DNA of 64,000 nt from Candidatus Latescibacterota bacterium. GTDB taxonomy: Bacteria > Latescibacterota > UBA2968 > UBA8231. Both the position numbers and the translations under genes were made by a program. Shown here one piece after another: positions 1-10,122 of this stretch. The stretch spans positions 1,632,001-1,696,000 of the forward strand of contig CBDCXV010000011.1 of assembly GCA_965223905.1 (NCBI GenBank). The letters are read 5' to 3'. The first letter of the stretch is position 1. Each line of letters opens with the position of its first letter. The notes under the pieces are model-generated. The model ran no database searches, was not told the DNA's origin, and worked only from the letters and a program-made list of their open reading frames with translations.

Positions 1-904
1 CACCCGTGCCGAGGCGCTCGAGGAGGCCTGCTGGCAGCGCTTGCAGCGGCGCTCGAAGGAGGAGACCCTGAGCGAGCAACGGCGCGACCGGGAGCGCTTT
101 CAGCCGCGCGAGAAAGAGCGTATCGTCGCCGAGCGTGCCTTCGAGAACGTCCAGCTCAACTACGAAGACGTGGCCGAGTTCGAGTATCAGCCCCGCGCCT
201 GCCAGCGCTCGTACCGGGTGGTAGCGTTACGCAAGAACCTGAGCAAGATGAAGGGCGAACACGTGCTCTTCGAGGAGATCCGCTACTTCTTCTACATCAC
301 CACCCGCACCGACCTGAGCGCGGCCGAAGTGGTCGCCTGCGCCAACCCGCGGTGTGATCAGGAAAACGTCATCGAGCAACTCAAGAATGGCGTCAACGCC
401 CTGCGCGTGCCGTTGTACGACTTGGTCAGCAACTGGGCCTACATGGTTATGGTGACGCTGGCTTGGAACCTCAAGTCGTGGTGCGCGATGATGATGCACC
501 GCAAGAGCGACCGCCAAGAGTATGGGAACATGGAGTTTCGTCGATTCCTCCACAGCCTCATTCTCATCCCCTGCCGCGTCATCCGCCAAGCCCGCGGCCT
601 CACCGTGCGCCTGCTCGGCTATCCGCCGAGCCTGGATCGATTCTTTAGTACCTGGCGAACCATCGAACGCACGGTGTTCTGACGCGCACGTCGCATCAAG
701 CCGATCCCCGGCATCCCGATGGCGGTCCGACCGGCCCGACCCTCGCCGCCGTCTGCCTACACCGTATCAACAAGAATCCCGAGGACACTTGTTCAAGCCC
801 AAGGGGCCACCGCCTACCCCGAGGACGCGACCAACGGCGCCTCGGGAAGGCATCAACGCGACGATGAAGGTCGCCCTCGAAGAACACGCTTATTTTGGGA
901 CTAG
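1..904 (+). mobile_element. Right part of an IS1380-like insertion sequence
   Basis: Transposase followed by about 220 bp of non-coding DNA ending CGCTTATTTTGGGA-CTAG (CTAG at 901-904), then an AT-rich stretch. The left end is outside the window, so the inverted repeat cannot be confirmed. Confidence 0.55.
2..682 (+). CDS. IS1380-family transposase, C-terminal part (truncated by window start)
   Basis: Frame is open from base 2. Motifs RYFFYIT, ANxRCDQENVIEQLKNG, LVSNWAYMVMxxLAWNLKSW and MEFRRF are typical of IS1380-type DDE transposases. Confidence 0.85.
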   Translation, partial: TRAEALEEACWQRLQRRSKEETLSEQRRDRERFQPREKERIVAERAFENVQLNYEDVAEFEYQPRACQRSYRVVALRKNLSKMKGEHVLFEEIRYFFYITTRTDLSAAEVVACANPRCDQENVIEQLKNGVNALRVPLYDLVSNWAYMVMVTLAWNLKSWCAMMMHRKSDRQEYGNMEFRRFLHSLILIPCRVIRQARGLTVRLLGYPPSLDRFFSTWRTIERTVF

Positions 905-925
905 ATAGTGCAGTGATTGAGTTAA

Positions 926-3148
926 TTAATTCGTGGCGGGGCCTGAGTGGTGAGGTGCCGTGCCGGAAGCGGTGTCGGCCCCCCGGTCTCGCAGGATCTC
1001 GACAACCCCCCTGCACTCATCGTCATCGCGATTGAGCGCTCGCCGGAGGGCGGTCTGTCCTTTGTTGTCGAGGGCGTTCAGAGCAGCGCCTCGATCCAGC
1101 AGCATTGCGGTAATGTCAGCACTGCAATCGTCGGCCGCCTCATGCAGAGGACTGCCGTATTGGTCGGGTTCGTGTCTGAGTTTGATCTGTTCATTGACCT
1201 TGGCCGGGTCCTTGTCGAGCTCGGCAACGAGCCGCTCGGTGTGGTTGAGCATGATCAGGTGACCGAGGTCGTAGCGCCCGCCCGCCTTTACCAGGGCTTC
1301 GAAACTGGGGATGAACGTAGGGTAACCCCGGGCGTGGGATCCCTCGTGCGCAGTGGCGTCAACAGGCGTGTTCCCGGTGGAGTTTATTCGATTGGGGTCC
1401 GCACCGTGAGCGAGGTACAACTCGACCAGGCGCACGTCGCCAAAAAAACCGGCATACCCCAATGCGGACTCGCCCGAGCCCCGAGCCTGGCCACCCTCCG
1501 CATCGACATCCGCTCCGTGTTCGATCAGCAGCTTGGCGATCTCGAGCTTTTCATCCGAAGCGGCGGAATACGCACTGACGATCCCATGCAGGAGTGTGCT
1601 TCCTTCCGAGTGCGCATCGGGAGACAGGATTCTCGCGGTGGCCAGTCCGGGATTGCGCGTCAGCAGGTCCTCTACGGAAGAAACATCCTGCCGGTTTGCG
1701 GCCATGACGAGGGCCAGCAGGTCAGAGACCTCCTCGGCTGAACGCGGTGGGTACTCCTCTCCCCCGTCGAAGGTGAAGGCTTCCATCACGACATCGCGCA
1801 ATGCTACAGTCGAAAGTTCAGCCTCTGCCCCGGGAGGCTCGTAGTAGTGAATAAAGGGACGGAGCGCCAAGCCGAAGTGGGCTTCCCCGATCACCTTCGT
1901 CCGGCCTTGGCCCGCTCCCATCAGGGTGACTCCACTGATCAGTTCGGCAGGTTGATCACAGGTCCCCGGGGCGAGACGAACGGTGTCGCCGTAACTGGCT
2001 GCATCAAGGCCTTCCTGAATAGTTCGAAACGGACGAGACGCGCTGCCGTTGCCACCGTCCGTGTCTTTGTCCTTCGGAGTATCGGGGTCCACGTGAAACA
2101 GCGTGCCCCGATCTGCGAGGGACAGGTGCACGGCGACTTCCTCGCCTATCTCGACCTGGACCTCGCCTGTTTCCGGCAGCCCCCCCCGTCCCGAAGCGGT
2201 GATCGTGTAACGTCCGGGAAGCTCTGACAGCTGAAACGAACCGTCGGCGCCGGTATCGAATCGGTGCACTCGCGCATCCTGCCGCAGTTCGACTGTAGCA
2301 TGACCGAATGGCGTCCCGTCTTCCCGACGAGTGATTCGACCTTTGATCGTTCCGGTAGTGGGCTCGGTCAAAACCGTCGCATCGGGCAAGTCGGAAACGC
2401 TCTTCACCAGCACCAACTTGCCCTGCAGGGCAGGATCTCCGCGTTTCGAGGCGCCCTTTGGCGGAAGCAGGTTCCAGGACACGTAAGCTGGATTGCCGTC
2501 TTCCGTGTCCTTGTCGACGGCGACGACGTCGAAGTCGATGGCCATGCCCCGGTCCAGGGGAAGGGAGTCCTCCAGCGATGTGCCCAACAGCTCCAATGCC
2601 CACTCGTACACGGTGACGTCGCCGACCCGTCCGAAGGCACCGCGGGACCGGGTTTTGTTGATGGGCAGGTCGCCGCCCAGATCGTCGTGAGTCAGGCTGG
2701 GATTCGAGCCGCCGCGATAGCTTCCGCCTTCGGGGCACAACATGTACTGAAATGGCAGCGTCCCTCGGCCCAGGAAGACCTCACACGCATCGGTGTTAGT
2801 ACTCCATCCGCCGACCCTGATGCGATCGTCCCTGACGCGAATGGCCACGTAGATGAGCTGCTCTTCCAGACTGTATCCGACCATGAACTCCGGACTCAAG
2901 TCGGTACTGGTGTCCAGGTCGGTCCCGTCCACATCAGTGGGACCATACACAGCGGCCATCTCCCTGAGTTTGTACACCGGCAGGCCACCCGGCCAGTCGT
3001 CGAGTCGGCCGTCGATGGTGATGCCCGACAGCGGTGCGGCGAAGGCGGCCTTCCTCTCGGTTGCCACCTGCGCCGCGCCCGGTTGGAGGGTGACCGCGGC
3101 CAGGCTGGCAAGAAGCGTCGGTAGCATCAAGGGACTATAGACTCTCAT
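926..3148 (-). CDS. Secreted multidomain protein: CBM9/DOMON-like sugar-binding domain, carboxypeptidase-regulatory-like beta-sandwich, DUF1565/beta-helix start, ankyrin repeats
   Basis: Start re-placed at ATG 3148 (or 3127) ahead of a signal-peptide-like segment. Motifs ITIDGRLDDWP; GTIKGRIT...TGADGSFQLSELPGRYTITAS; GNGSASRPFRTIQEGLDAASYGDTVRLAPG; ankyrin motifs GSTLLH, LLIEHGADVDA, GSPLHEAA, GQTAL. Confidence 0.8.
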   Translation of the reverse strand: MRVYSPLMLPTLLASLAAVTLQPGAAQVATERKAAFAAPLSGITIDGRLDDWPGGLPVYKLREMAAVYGPTDVDGTDLDTSTDLSPEFMVGYSLEEQLIYVAIRVRDDRIRVGGWSTNTDACEVFLGRGTLPFQYMLCPEGGSYRGGSNPSLTHDDLGGDLPINKTRSRGAFGRVGDVTVYEWALELLGTSLEDSLPLDRGMAIDFDVVAVDKDTEDGNPAYVSWNLLPPKGASKRGDPALQGKLVLVKSVSDLPDATVLTEPTTGTIKGRITRREDGTPFGHATVELRQDARVHRFDTGADGSFQLSELPGRYTITASGRGGLPETGEVQVEIGEEVAVHLSLADRGTLFHVDPDTPKDKDTDGGNGSASRPFRTIQEGLDAASYGDTVRLAPGTCDQPAELISGVTLMGAGQGRTKVIGEAHFGLALRPFIHYYEPPGAEAELSTVALRDVVMEAFTFDGGEEYPPRSAEEVSDLLALVMAANRQDVSSVEDLLTRNPGLATARILSPDAHSEGSTLLHGIVSAYSAASDEKLEIAKLLIEHGADVDAEGGQARGSGESALGYAGFFGDVRLVELYLAHGADPNRINSTGNTPVDATAHEGSHARGYPTFIPSFEALVKAGGRYDLGHLIMLNHTERLVAELDKDPAKVNEQIKLRHEPDQYGSPLHEAADDCSADITAMLLDRGAALNALDNKGQTALRRALNRDDDECRGVVEILRDRGADTASGTAPHHSGPATN

Positions 3149-3334
3149 GGCTGGATATATACTCGTCTCAACACCTCTGTTACGTATTTTGCGAGGTACA
3201 TCAAGGCACCTGGTTTGGCCCTCAATCAAGGCCTGTGCACCCAACGCGGCCTGCTCGACGACACCCCAGCCGATCGGCTCGCGGAGGGGCCCGTGCTGGC
3301 CGCTCACGGCCGCCTCGTGCGAGGGACCACTCGC

Positions 3335-4500
3335 CTATATGCGGAGTTCCTGTTCCGCGGCACCGCTCCTGGGCAGGTACCGTGCCAGCAGGGCCGATCG
3401 GCTCATCCACATCTCTCCGACCTCGAAATCAGGGTCGCGCCGGTTGGTTTCCTCCGAACCCGTCCCGCCCGGGGTCCCGCAGTCAACCCGGCCCGGGCGC
3501 AATCGCTTCCCCGGACCGAAAAGGGCCATCAGGCCCTGCATGTACATCCGCTGCAACTCCAGCCGCCAGTTCTGCGGTCGCGCCTAGACCGAGAAACCCA
3601 ACCGCCGGCCCCCCTGAACAGAAGTCCCGTGGCGGCAAGCGCCTTCACGGGATCCCCGTTGTGCGCAAGGGCTCCGGCTTCCGCCTGACGGGCCAGCGCC
3701 TCGAGGTCGGCGCGAATTCCTTTGATCGCCCCCCAGATCCGCCTGGAAACCGCGGGCCGGGCCGGCGGGTGCGATCCGGCGCTGAAGAGCACCAGCCGCA
3801 GCCACGCGCGGGCAAACCGGGGAACCCATCGGGTAGTCGGCGACCCGGCACCCGGCGCAGGCCCACCGGCTACGTACCAGCGCCGCCCGATCCCGACGAA
3901 CCCCAGCGTCCAGCGCGCCAACATCCAGATCATTCCGAAACGCCAGGGCAGCGCGCGCATCCGCCGCGGCGAGGTGCGAATGCAGGATCCGTCGAGGTTC
4001 CGGCCCTGGAAGCCGGACCGCCCTGTGCGCTGCAAGCGGCCGTTGCCGGAGCCCAGCGATGCGGCCGCCCGGCGCATCAGTTCCAGATCCTCGGCCAGAC
4101 GCAGCTCGTGCCGGAAGCCGCCGAGCTGGTGGAACAGCCGGCGGTCCAGGTAGAACATCTGGCAATGGATCCCGAAGACCCGTTTGCCGAGCTCCATCGC
4201 GGTGAAGAACCCCCGCTCCCAGAAATCGTCGGACTCGGCCTGCACCGGGATGCTGCCCCCGCGAGCGCCGCTACGCCAGGCGTCGGCAACGTCCTGGGCA
4301 ACCGCGGGTCCGAGCGTGGAATCCGCATCCAGGAAAACCAGAACGTCGCCGCGCGCCTGCGCCGCTCCCCGGTTCTTGGCCGTCGCGGCGCCGCGCTGCG
4401 GTTCGTGGACCAAGCTCAGGCGAGGCGTTCGGCCGGGCGCAGCTTCCCAGCTGCGGGCCACGTCCGACGATGAGCATGCGCCGGTCGTGGGTGCCTGCCA
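3335..4500 (-). pseudogene. Decayed glycosyltransferase family 2 gene with a YkoP-like C-terminal domain
   Basis: GT2 motifs AKNRGAAQARGDVLVFLDADS, FHQLGGF, AEDLEL and RTSPRR are present but the N-terminus is missing. The downstream part reads LLFRGA|RLGFSV*ARPQNWRL...MWMSRSALLARY across a frameshift (~3605) and a TAG (3584-3586). Confidence 0.6.
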
Positions 4501-4919
4501 GGGCTCGCGATGGCATCAGGTCGGGCCCCTGCCGGCTGCAATGCCATGGGGTAGCGCCGAAGACGTTGCCCACCGGCAGCGCCGGAAGACGTCACACTGG
4601 CTTTCCCAGAGCATGGTGGCGGCGTCTGTCTCTTAGGTTTGCATCGTGCAGATGGTGTTCATCTGAAGATGGCGAAAGTGCCGGATAAAGTGCGCCCCGG
4701 AAGGGCGGCGGCAAAGGCATTTCGTCACTACCGGTGGGCATCACCTGGATGGCGTCGTCGACTGGGGTGGCGGCAAAGGATTGGTTCCTCTTGAGCGGTT
4801 GTCGTTGGCCCAGGCCGATGCCCGTGACCACCCCGTGCAAAGGAAATCCCAACGCGGTGCGGAGCGGTTTGGACCAGGAAGATATCGCCTATATTCGCAG
4901 GCGGGGTGATCGCGCGTAG

Positions 4920-5141
4920 CCTGATCATCGGTCAGGTGCAATGGGGCTTGGTGGGGGAGCACCTACTGGGATGGCCATGGGTTTCGGCCTGATTTCAGCG
5001 CGGAGGGCACGTACCGATGAACGAAAATTCTACGATGTATTGGCTTATTTCAAGTCCTTTGGTAAAGGCTACCAAACCCGGATAAACGCCGTATTGCGCA
5101 CCTATATGCAAGCCCAACAACAACGCCGAAAAGAGGTCTGA
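4920..5141 (+). pseudogene. BrnT toxin C-terminal remnant fused to BrnA antitoxin C-terminus
   Basis: LISARRARTDERKFY (BrnT-like end) runs directly into DVLAYFKSFGKGYQTRINAVLRTYM (BrnA-like RHH). Lower GC than the flanks. Confidence 0.7.
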
Positions 5142-5368
5142 GAAGGAGATGGATATCGGAAAATATCGTGGCCTGCCGCCCCCGTCGCCGGCACGGACGC
5201 GTGGTCGGGACCGTGACGGCAATAGGCAACGAGATGTCGGAACGGGGTATCGCCCTTTCGGGTGTGGCACGAGGCACCACCCGTCAGCGGTGTGGAAATC
5301 GGAACCCGCCGGGGCCGCATCGAGCACGCCGGGCGGGTGACCGTCTATCGAGGAAGGCGTGATCACAT

Positions 5369-6523
5369 ATGACGGCACAGAATGCGAAGAACAGCTATCC
5401 AACCGAGCCAGTCGTGAACAAGGGGGAACTGCCTGACCCGTTCGTTGCACCGGGCGGCAAGAGGATAGCATCGAAAGAAGAGTGGCCCGCCTGTTCCCAG
5501 GGGTGGAGGGACATGGTCGTCGAGATGGAATACGGAGGCCTTCCGCCCGCGCCGGACGGGATCGAGGCCGAGACGCTCTGCCACAGCGCAGCCCGGCGAC
5601 TGCCCGGAGGGCCGAACCTCTGGTCGTACCGCGTCCACTGCCATGGCGGCGAACGTCCGTTCAGCTTCAACGTGCGGGTCCTCTTCCCGAGCGGAGGGGG
5701 ACCGTTCTCCGCCATCGTCGACGGGGACGGGTGCTGGTGGTACATGTCGGACGACGTTGCCGGACGGGTGGTGGAGAGCGGGTGTGCCCTGGTCATGTTC
5801 AACCGGACGGAAATGGCCGAGGACCTGGGCTACAGGGAGGTTCCCGACAAGACCAAGCGGAGCGGCGGGCTCTACGATCTGTACCCCGGGCGCGGGTTCG
5901 GAGCCCTGGCGGCCTGGGCCTGGGGATACCACCGATGCATCGACCTCCTGCACCGGCTTCCCTTCATCGACCCGGATCGCATCGCGATCACCGGACACTC
6001 GCGGGGCGGGAAGGCCGCCCTGGTGGCGGGGGTGACCGACGACCGGATCGCGGTCGTCAACGACAACGCCTCGTGTGCCGCGGGCAGCCCCCCCTTCCGG
6101 TATGTGGGGGACGGCGGGGAAAGCCTCGACATCATCGACGTCTTCCCATCCTGGTTCGGTCCGGGACTCCGTCCCTGTCTTGGCCGGGAAGGGGATATTC
6201 CCTTCGACCAGCACTGCCTCCTGGCCGCCATGGCTCCCCGGCCGCTTCTGCTGACCTTCGCCCTGGACGACCGCTGGTCGAACCCGGAGGGGATGGTGCA
6301 GTCCGCGTGGGCAGCCGGAGAGGTCTACCGTTTCCTCGGGGTGCCGGACGACATCGCCTTCCACCTTCGGGGAGGAAGGCATTCCCACGCCCTCGAGGAC
6401 TGGGAGGTGCTGCTCGACTTCATCGCCTGGAAGTGGAACGGGCAGGAACCCGGGGCGGACTACAACCGCCATCCCTACCGGCACCTGCGACCGGCGTTCT
6501 CATGGAAGGCCCCCGATGCCTGA
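5369..6523 (+). CDS. CE15/glucuronoyl esterase-like alpha/beta hydrolase
   Basis: LPDPF, YG.LPP, ALAAWAWG, nucleophile motif GHSRGGKAAL, FDQH.LLAA.APRP, DD.WSNP.G. RBS-like GAGGAAGG upstream. Confidence 0.85.
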   Translation: MTAQNAKNSYPTEPVVNKGELPDPFVAPGGKRIASKEEWPACSQGWRDMVVEMEYGGLPPAPDGIEAETLCHSAARRLPGGPNLWSYRVHCHGGERPFSFNVRVLFPSGGGPFSAIVDGDGCWWYMSDDVAGRVVESGCALVMFNRTEMAEDLGYREVPDKTKRSGGLYDLYPGRGFGALAAWAWGYHRCIDLLHRLPFIDPDRIAITGHSRGGKAALVAGVTDDRIAVVNDNASCAAGSPPFRYVGDGGESLDIIDVFPSWFGPGLRPCLGREGDIPFDQHCLLAAMAPRPLLLTFALDDRWSNPEGMVQSAWAAGEVYRFLGVPDDIAFHLRGGRHSHALEDWEVLLDFIAWKWNGQEPGADYNRHPYRHLRPAFSWKAPDA

Positions 6524-6551
6524 GGGTCTGCGAGCGTGTCCGGGTGCGCGG

Positions 6552-6619
6552 CTGGGAGCACTGCCGGTCCGCCCGCAAATCCTGGTTTCGAAGCCGGCGC
6601 CGACAAGCCGGCAGTCCAG
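6552..6619. repeat. Intergenic imperfect inverted repeat (REP-like)
   Basis: CTGG...ACTGCCGG (6552-6567) pairs with CCGGCAGT-CCAG (6608-6619). Confidence 0.4.
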
Positions 6620-6631
6620 AGGTTTCAGCTT

Positions 6632-7711
6632 ATGAAGATCGTCTCGGTGGAGTGCCTGATACTGGACGGGGATTTCCCCTTCGTGAAGGTGCATACGGAT
6701 GAAGGGATCACGGGAATTGGTGAGTGCTTCCGCCGGCAGCCAGGGGTGACGAAGGCTCTTATCGAGGAGCATCTCGCGCCGGCCATCGCCGGCAGGGACC
6801 CGCTGGATACCGGTCTGCGATTCCGCGACATGATGGAGGCGGGGGCGGCCGAAGAGATGGGAGGAGCGGTGTTCTGCGCCATCGCGGGGCTCGACATCGC
6901 GCTGTGGGACATCAAGGGGAAGGCGTTGGGGGTTCCGGTTTACAAGCTGCTGGGCGGCAAGATCCGCGACAGGGTGAAGGTGTACGCGAGCTCGATGCGG
7001 CGGGACCTGACTCCCCTGGAGGAGGGCCGGCGGGCCGCCTCGTTCGTGGAACAGGGGTACAGCGGGTACAAGCTGCACAGCGCCGTTCCCGGTGAAATCG
7101 ACGACCCGGCCGACGAGACCATCAAGACGGTGACCGAGGTGCGAGCTGCAGTGGGGGACGACATCGACATCCTGGTGGACGTGAACGGGGCGTACTCCGT
7201 GCACCAGTCCATGTACATCGGCGCTGCCCTGGAGGACCTGGGAGTGTTCCACTTCGAGGAGCCGCGGCCGGCGCAGGACCTCGAGGGGCTGGCGCGGATC
7301 GCGGACGCGCTGACGATCCCGATAGCCTCAGGGGAGATGATCTACACCCACCACCAGTACCGCGACCTCATCACCAGGGGCAGGGTGGACATCATCCAGC
7401 CGGACATCGTCAAGGCCCCGGGGTTCACGGAGTTCGTGAAGATCGAGGCGCTGGCGTCGGCGTTCAGCATTCCGATCACCGTTCACAATACCCAGCCGAT
7501 ACTCAGCACGGTGGCCCACCTGCATTTCTGCGCGGCGAGCCCGATGGTTCCCTACTCGCAGGAGTACAACATCGAACCGATTTCGATACGGGACGAGTGG
7601 CCGATCCTCAAGGAGCCGCTGGAGGTGGTCGACGGGTACATCGCGGTGCCGGACGGGCCCGGTCTCGGGGTGGAGCTGGACGACGAGATGATTGGAAAGC
7701 TGGCAAAGTGA
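6632..7711 (+). CDS. Mandelate racemase/muconate lactonizing enzyme family protein (sugar-acid dehydratase-like)
   Basis: MKIVSVE start, VKVHTDEGITGIGE, DIALWDIKGKALGVPVYKLLGG, metal ligands DVN/EEP/GE, PDGPGLGVELD. Confidence 0.92.
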   Translation: MKIVSVECLILDGDFPFVKVHTDEGITGIGECFRRQPGVTKALIEEHLAPAIAGRDPLDTGLRFRDMMEAGAAEEMGGAVFCAIAGLDIALWDIKGKALGVPVYKLLGGKIRDRVKVYASSMRRDLTPLEEGRRAASFVEQGYSGYKLHSAVPGEIDDPADETIKTVTEVRAAVGDDIDILVDVNGAYSVHQSMYIGAALEDLGVFHFEEPRPAQDLEGLARIADALTIPIASGEMIYTHHQYRDLITRGRVDIIQPDIVKAPGFTEFVKIEALASAFSIPITVHNTQPILSTVAHLHFCAASPMVPYSQEYNIEPISIRDEWPILKEPLEVVDGYIAVPDGPGLGVELDDEMIGKLAK

Positions 7712-7884
7712 TGGTGTGAAGCGGGAGGCCTGGCGTCCCGGCCAAAGGGCGGCCAACCGGCTTTGGGGCAACTCGTGATCATACTGCCGGATGACCGTCC
7801 AATTGGGGGCATGCCCGGGCTCACAACCCTTGCCTACCAGGACCTCGGGGAGATAATCCTCGATTGCCGGGGTCCATCATGGAC

Positions 7885-8892
7885 TCAGCGCTTCCAGCCG
7901 ATTGCGATCCCCTGCTCGTGATCGAGGGGGCGGCACTCCGTCTCTGAAAAGCCGGCCTCGGCCATCAGCGCTTCGATTTCCGGACCCGTGCGCTGGTCTC
8001 CAGTCGTTCCTTACATCAGCCCGAACCACTGAAACACCGCGATCAGACCTGCGGTCTTATCCTCGTTCAACAGGTATTCCTGCACGAGCACCGGCGAGCC
8101 CGCAGGCAGGGCCTGGTGACACCGGCGCAGCAACCGGATGCAGTGCTCGTCATCCCAATCGTGGATTATGTGGGACATGAAGAACACGTCGATCCCCTCC
8201 GGGAAGGGATCGCGGAAGAAGTCGGCGGCGTGAAACCGAACCCTCTCTTCCGTTTTGCTCTGCCGGATGGCCGCTTCGGCGGTTTTCCGACTGTAGGGCA
8301 GGTCGACGACAATCCCCTGCAAGTGCGGGCAGCGCTCAGTCAGGCCGACCAGCACCCCGCCGGTGGCCCCGCCCAGGTCCCCAACGGTGCGAACGGACTG
8401 AAGTCCACGGCCTCGGCCAGGGCGTGACCCCACAGAATGCGCCAGCCGTGGCGGCTCGGCGCAAAGGCGGTGCTGTCCTCTTTCCCCTGGGGATTGGCCA
8501 GCCACTCGGGCAGGGCCTCGGGCACGGGGGCGTTGGTGAGCAGCGCCTCCTTCATGATCCGGTACCACCAGTCTTCTTCCGGGTCGGGAGTCTTGGGCAC
8601 AGTGCAAGCCCGGCCCCCCTCCAGCACCATCTCCCGCATCACTGGGTAGATGTAGTAGCGGTCGTCATCCATCCCCAGAACGCCCACGCATGCATTTGCC
8701 GCCAAGAGCACGGCGGGTGGGCCGCTCCTGAAGGCCGATCCGCCCGCTGACTTCTGAAACGGCAGCCGGCCCGTCCCGGAGGGCTTCGTTGAGACCGAAT
8801 TCCTCGGAAAGAACCCAGGCGGTCCTGGCCCTTTCGACATGGTGAAACTTGTAGGCGAAGTAGGGATCGGGCCCTTGCCCAATGGTAAGCAT
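7885..8892 (-). pseudogene. Class I SAM-dependent O-methyltransferase (dimerisation + Methyltransf_2), disrupted
   Basis: Three consecutive frames join into one protein (MLTIGQGPDP... / AVLLAANA... / VGDLGGATG...DFFRDPFP...SHIIHDWDD). Frameshifts at ~8715 and ~8390; in-frame TAA at 8011-8013, after which GDQRTGPEIEALMAEAGF continues to TGA at 7885. Confidence 0.8.
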
Positions 8893-9168
8893 GGAGGAAT
8901 TCCCCCTTTGTTGAAAACAACCTATAATTTTTTGGGAAGGTGAAAAATCTCTGGAAAAACCGAAACAATGTTGCAGGCTTCTCCGCTAAGGATGGAAACC
9001 TACACCTCCAACTGCCGTTTCGAAATCAACCTATCAGGCTCACGCCAAAATAACAAAATACCTGCACCATGTCGCTTTCAAGACATTCGGGGGTTTTTCT
9101 TCAGGTTTCGGTAGGTAGAACCACTTGGCATCGAATCAAGTATAAAAGCTTTGGAATACAGAGTTCTG

Positions 9169-10082
9169 CTACTTGATGTTGGCTCTTTCATTCCCAAGAT
9201 TGAAAAAGGAAAATAGGTCTTCAGGGCGGTACTTTCCTCTGTTTACCTTACTTATGAATTCCTCGTGTTCCTTGATGAGATCCTGATCCCTGACAACCGT
9301 TGCGGGTCTCACCAGAAGTTTTCTAAAATCTCTTAGCCATTTCTTTGATCGTTTGTTTAATCGAACAAATGACAGTGTCAAATCAATTCGGACGTCCTCC
9401 CGTGAAATTTGGATTAATTCGCTTCTTCCTTTGGCCGACAAATTCTCGGGATAAACGCCAAGGGTTGTCTTTTCCTTCCTTCGATAACCGGATGCTCTCC
9501 GATATTGCGACTCCACATTTTGTCCAGTATCTCGGAAATAGATATTTTCTAAGGCGGAAACCATCTGAAGCCTATTGACTTGGTACACATCCCTACGAAG
9601 CTCAATATCGACAACAGGCTTGTTTCTATTCCCCACTGAGTACACGTAAGAATCAAATAAAATGATCCCAAGCTCTGGACCGATAGGAAAAAACACCTGA
9701 AGGCCTTTGGATCCCCACCCGGTATTACTGCCTGTTTGGTCAAATGAGAATAACTGATTGTATAGGACTACCGGATTGTCGGATGTTACAAATTCGACAT
9801 CTGTACGATTTACTAGCAGTTTGTATTTTAAATCAGTCAGTATTGGCAAGGCACTAGTTGCCATCCCGAGATAAAATGGCACTTTATTTCCTTCTGATCG
9901 GGAATTGTCCCTAAACAAGGGATTTCGCCATAAAAATAGTCCTTGTAGCATTGATTTTTCAAGTTTGCCCCTTGGATCCTTTTTTCGTTCGTAAGGTTCC
10001 ATATATTTACGCTTCTTCCATCCGCTGAAAACTTCCTCAGGTAAAACCGAGGTACGAAATGCTGTTTCTTATTTTTTGCCAT
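9169..10082 (-). pseudogene. DUF4238-domain protein, frameshifted and probably internally deleted; low-GC
   Basis: N-terminal KKQHFVPRFYLRKF...DYFYG is in one frame and FVTSDNPVV...FFPIGP in another. The region is markedly AT-rich. Confidence 0.75.
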
Positions 10083-10122
10083 TCCATTTATCCCCCCTTT
10101 GCCATTCCATTTATCCCCCCTT
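10075..10122. repeat. Perfect 23-bp tandem duplication TTTGCCATTCCATTTATCCCCCC
   Basis: Copies at 10075-10097 and 10098-10120, followed by TT. Confidence 0.95.

Noticed and set aside
3584-8013. Stop-codon recoding (TAG at 3584, TAA at 8011)
   Set aside because: Both lie in genes that also have frameshifts, and TAG/TAA terminate intact genes elsewhere in the window.
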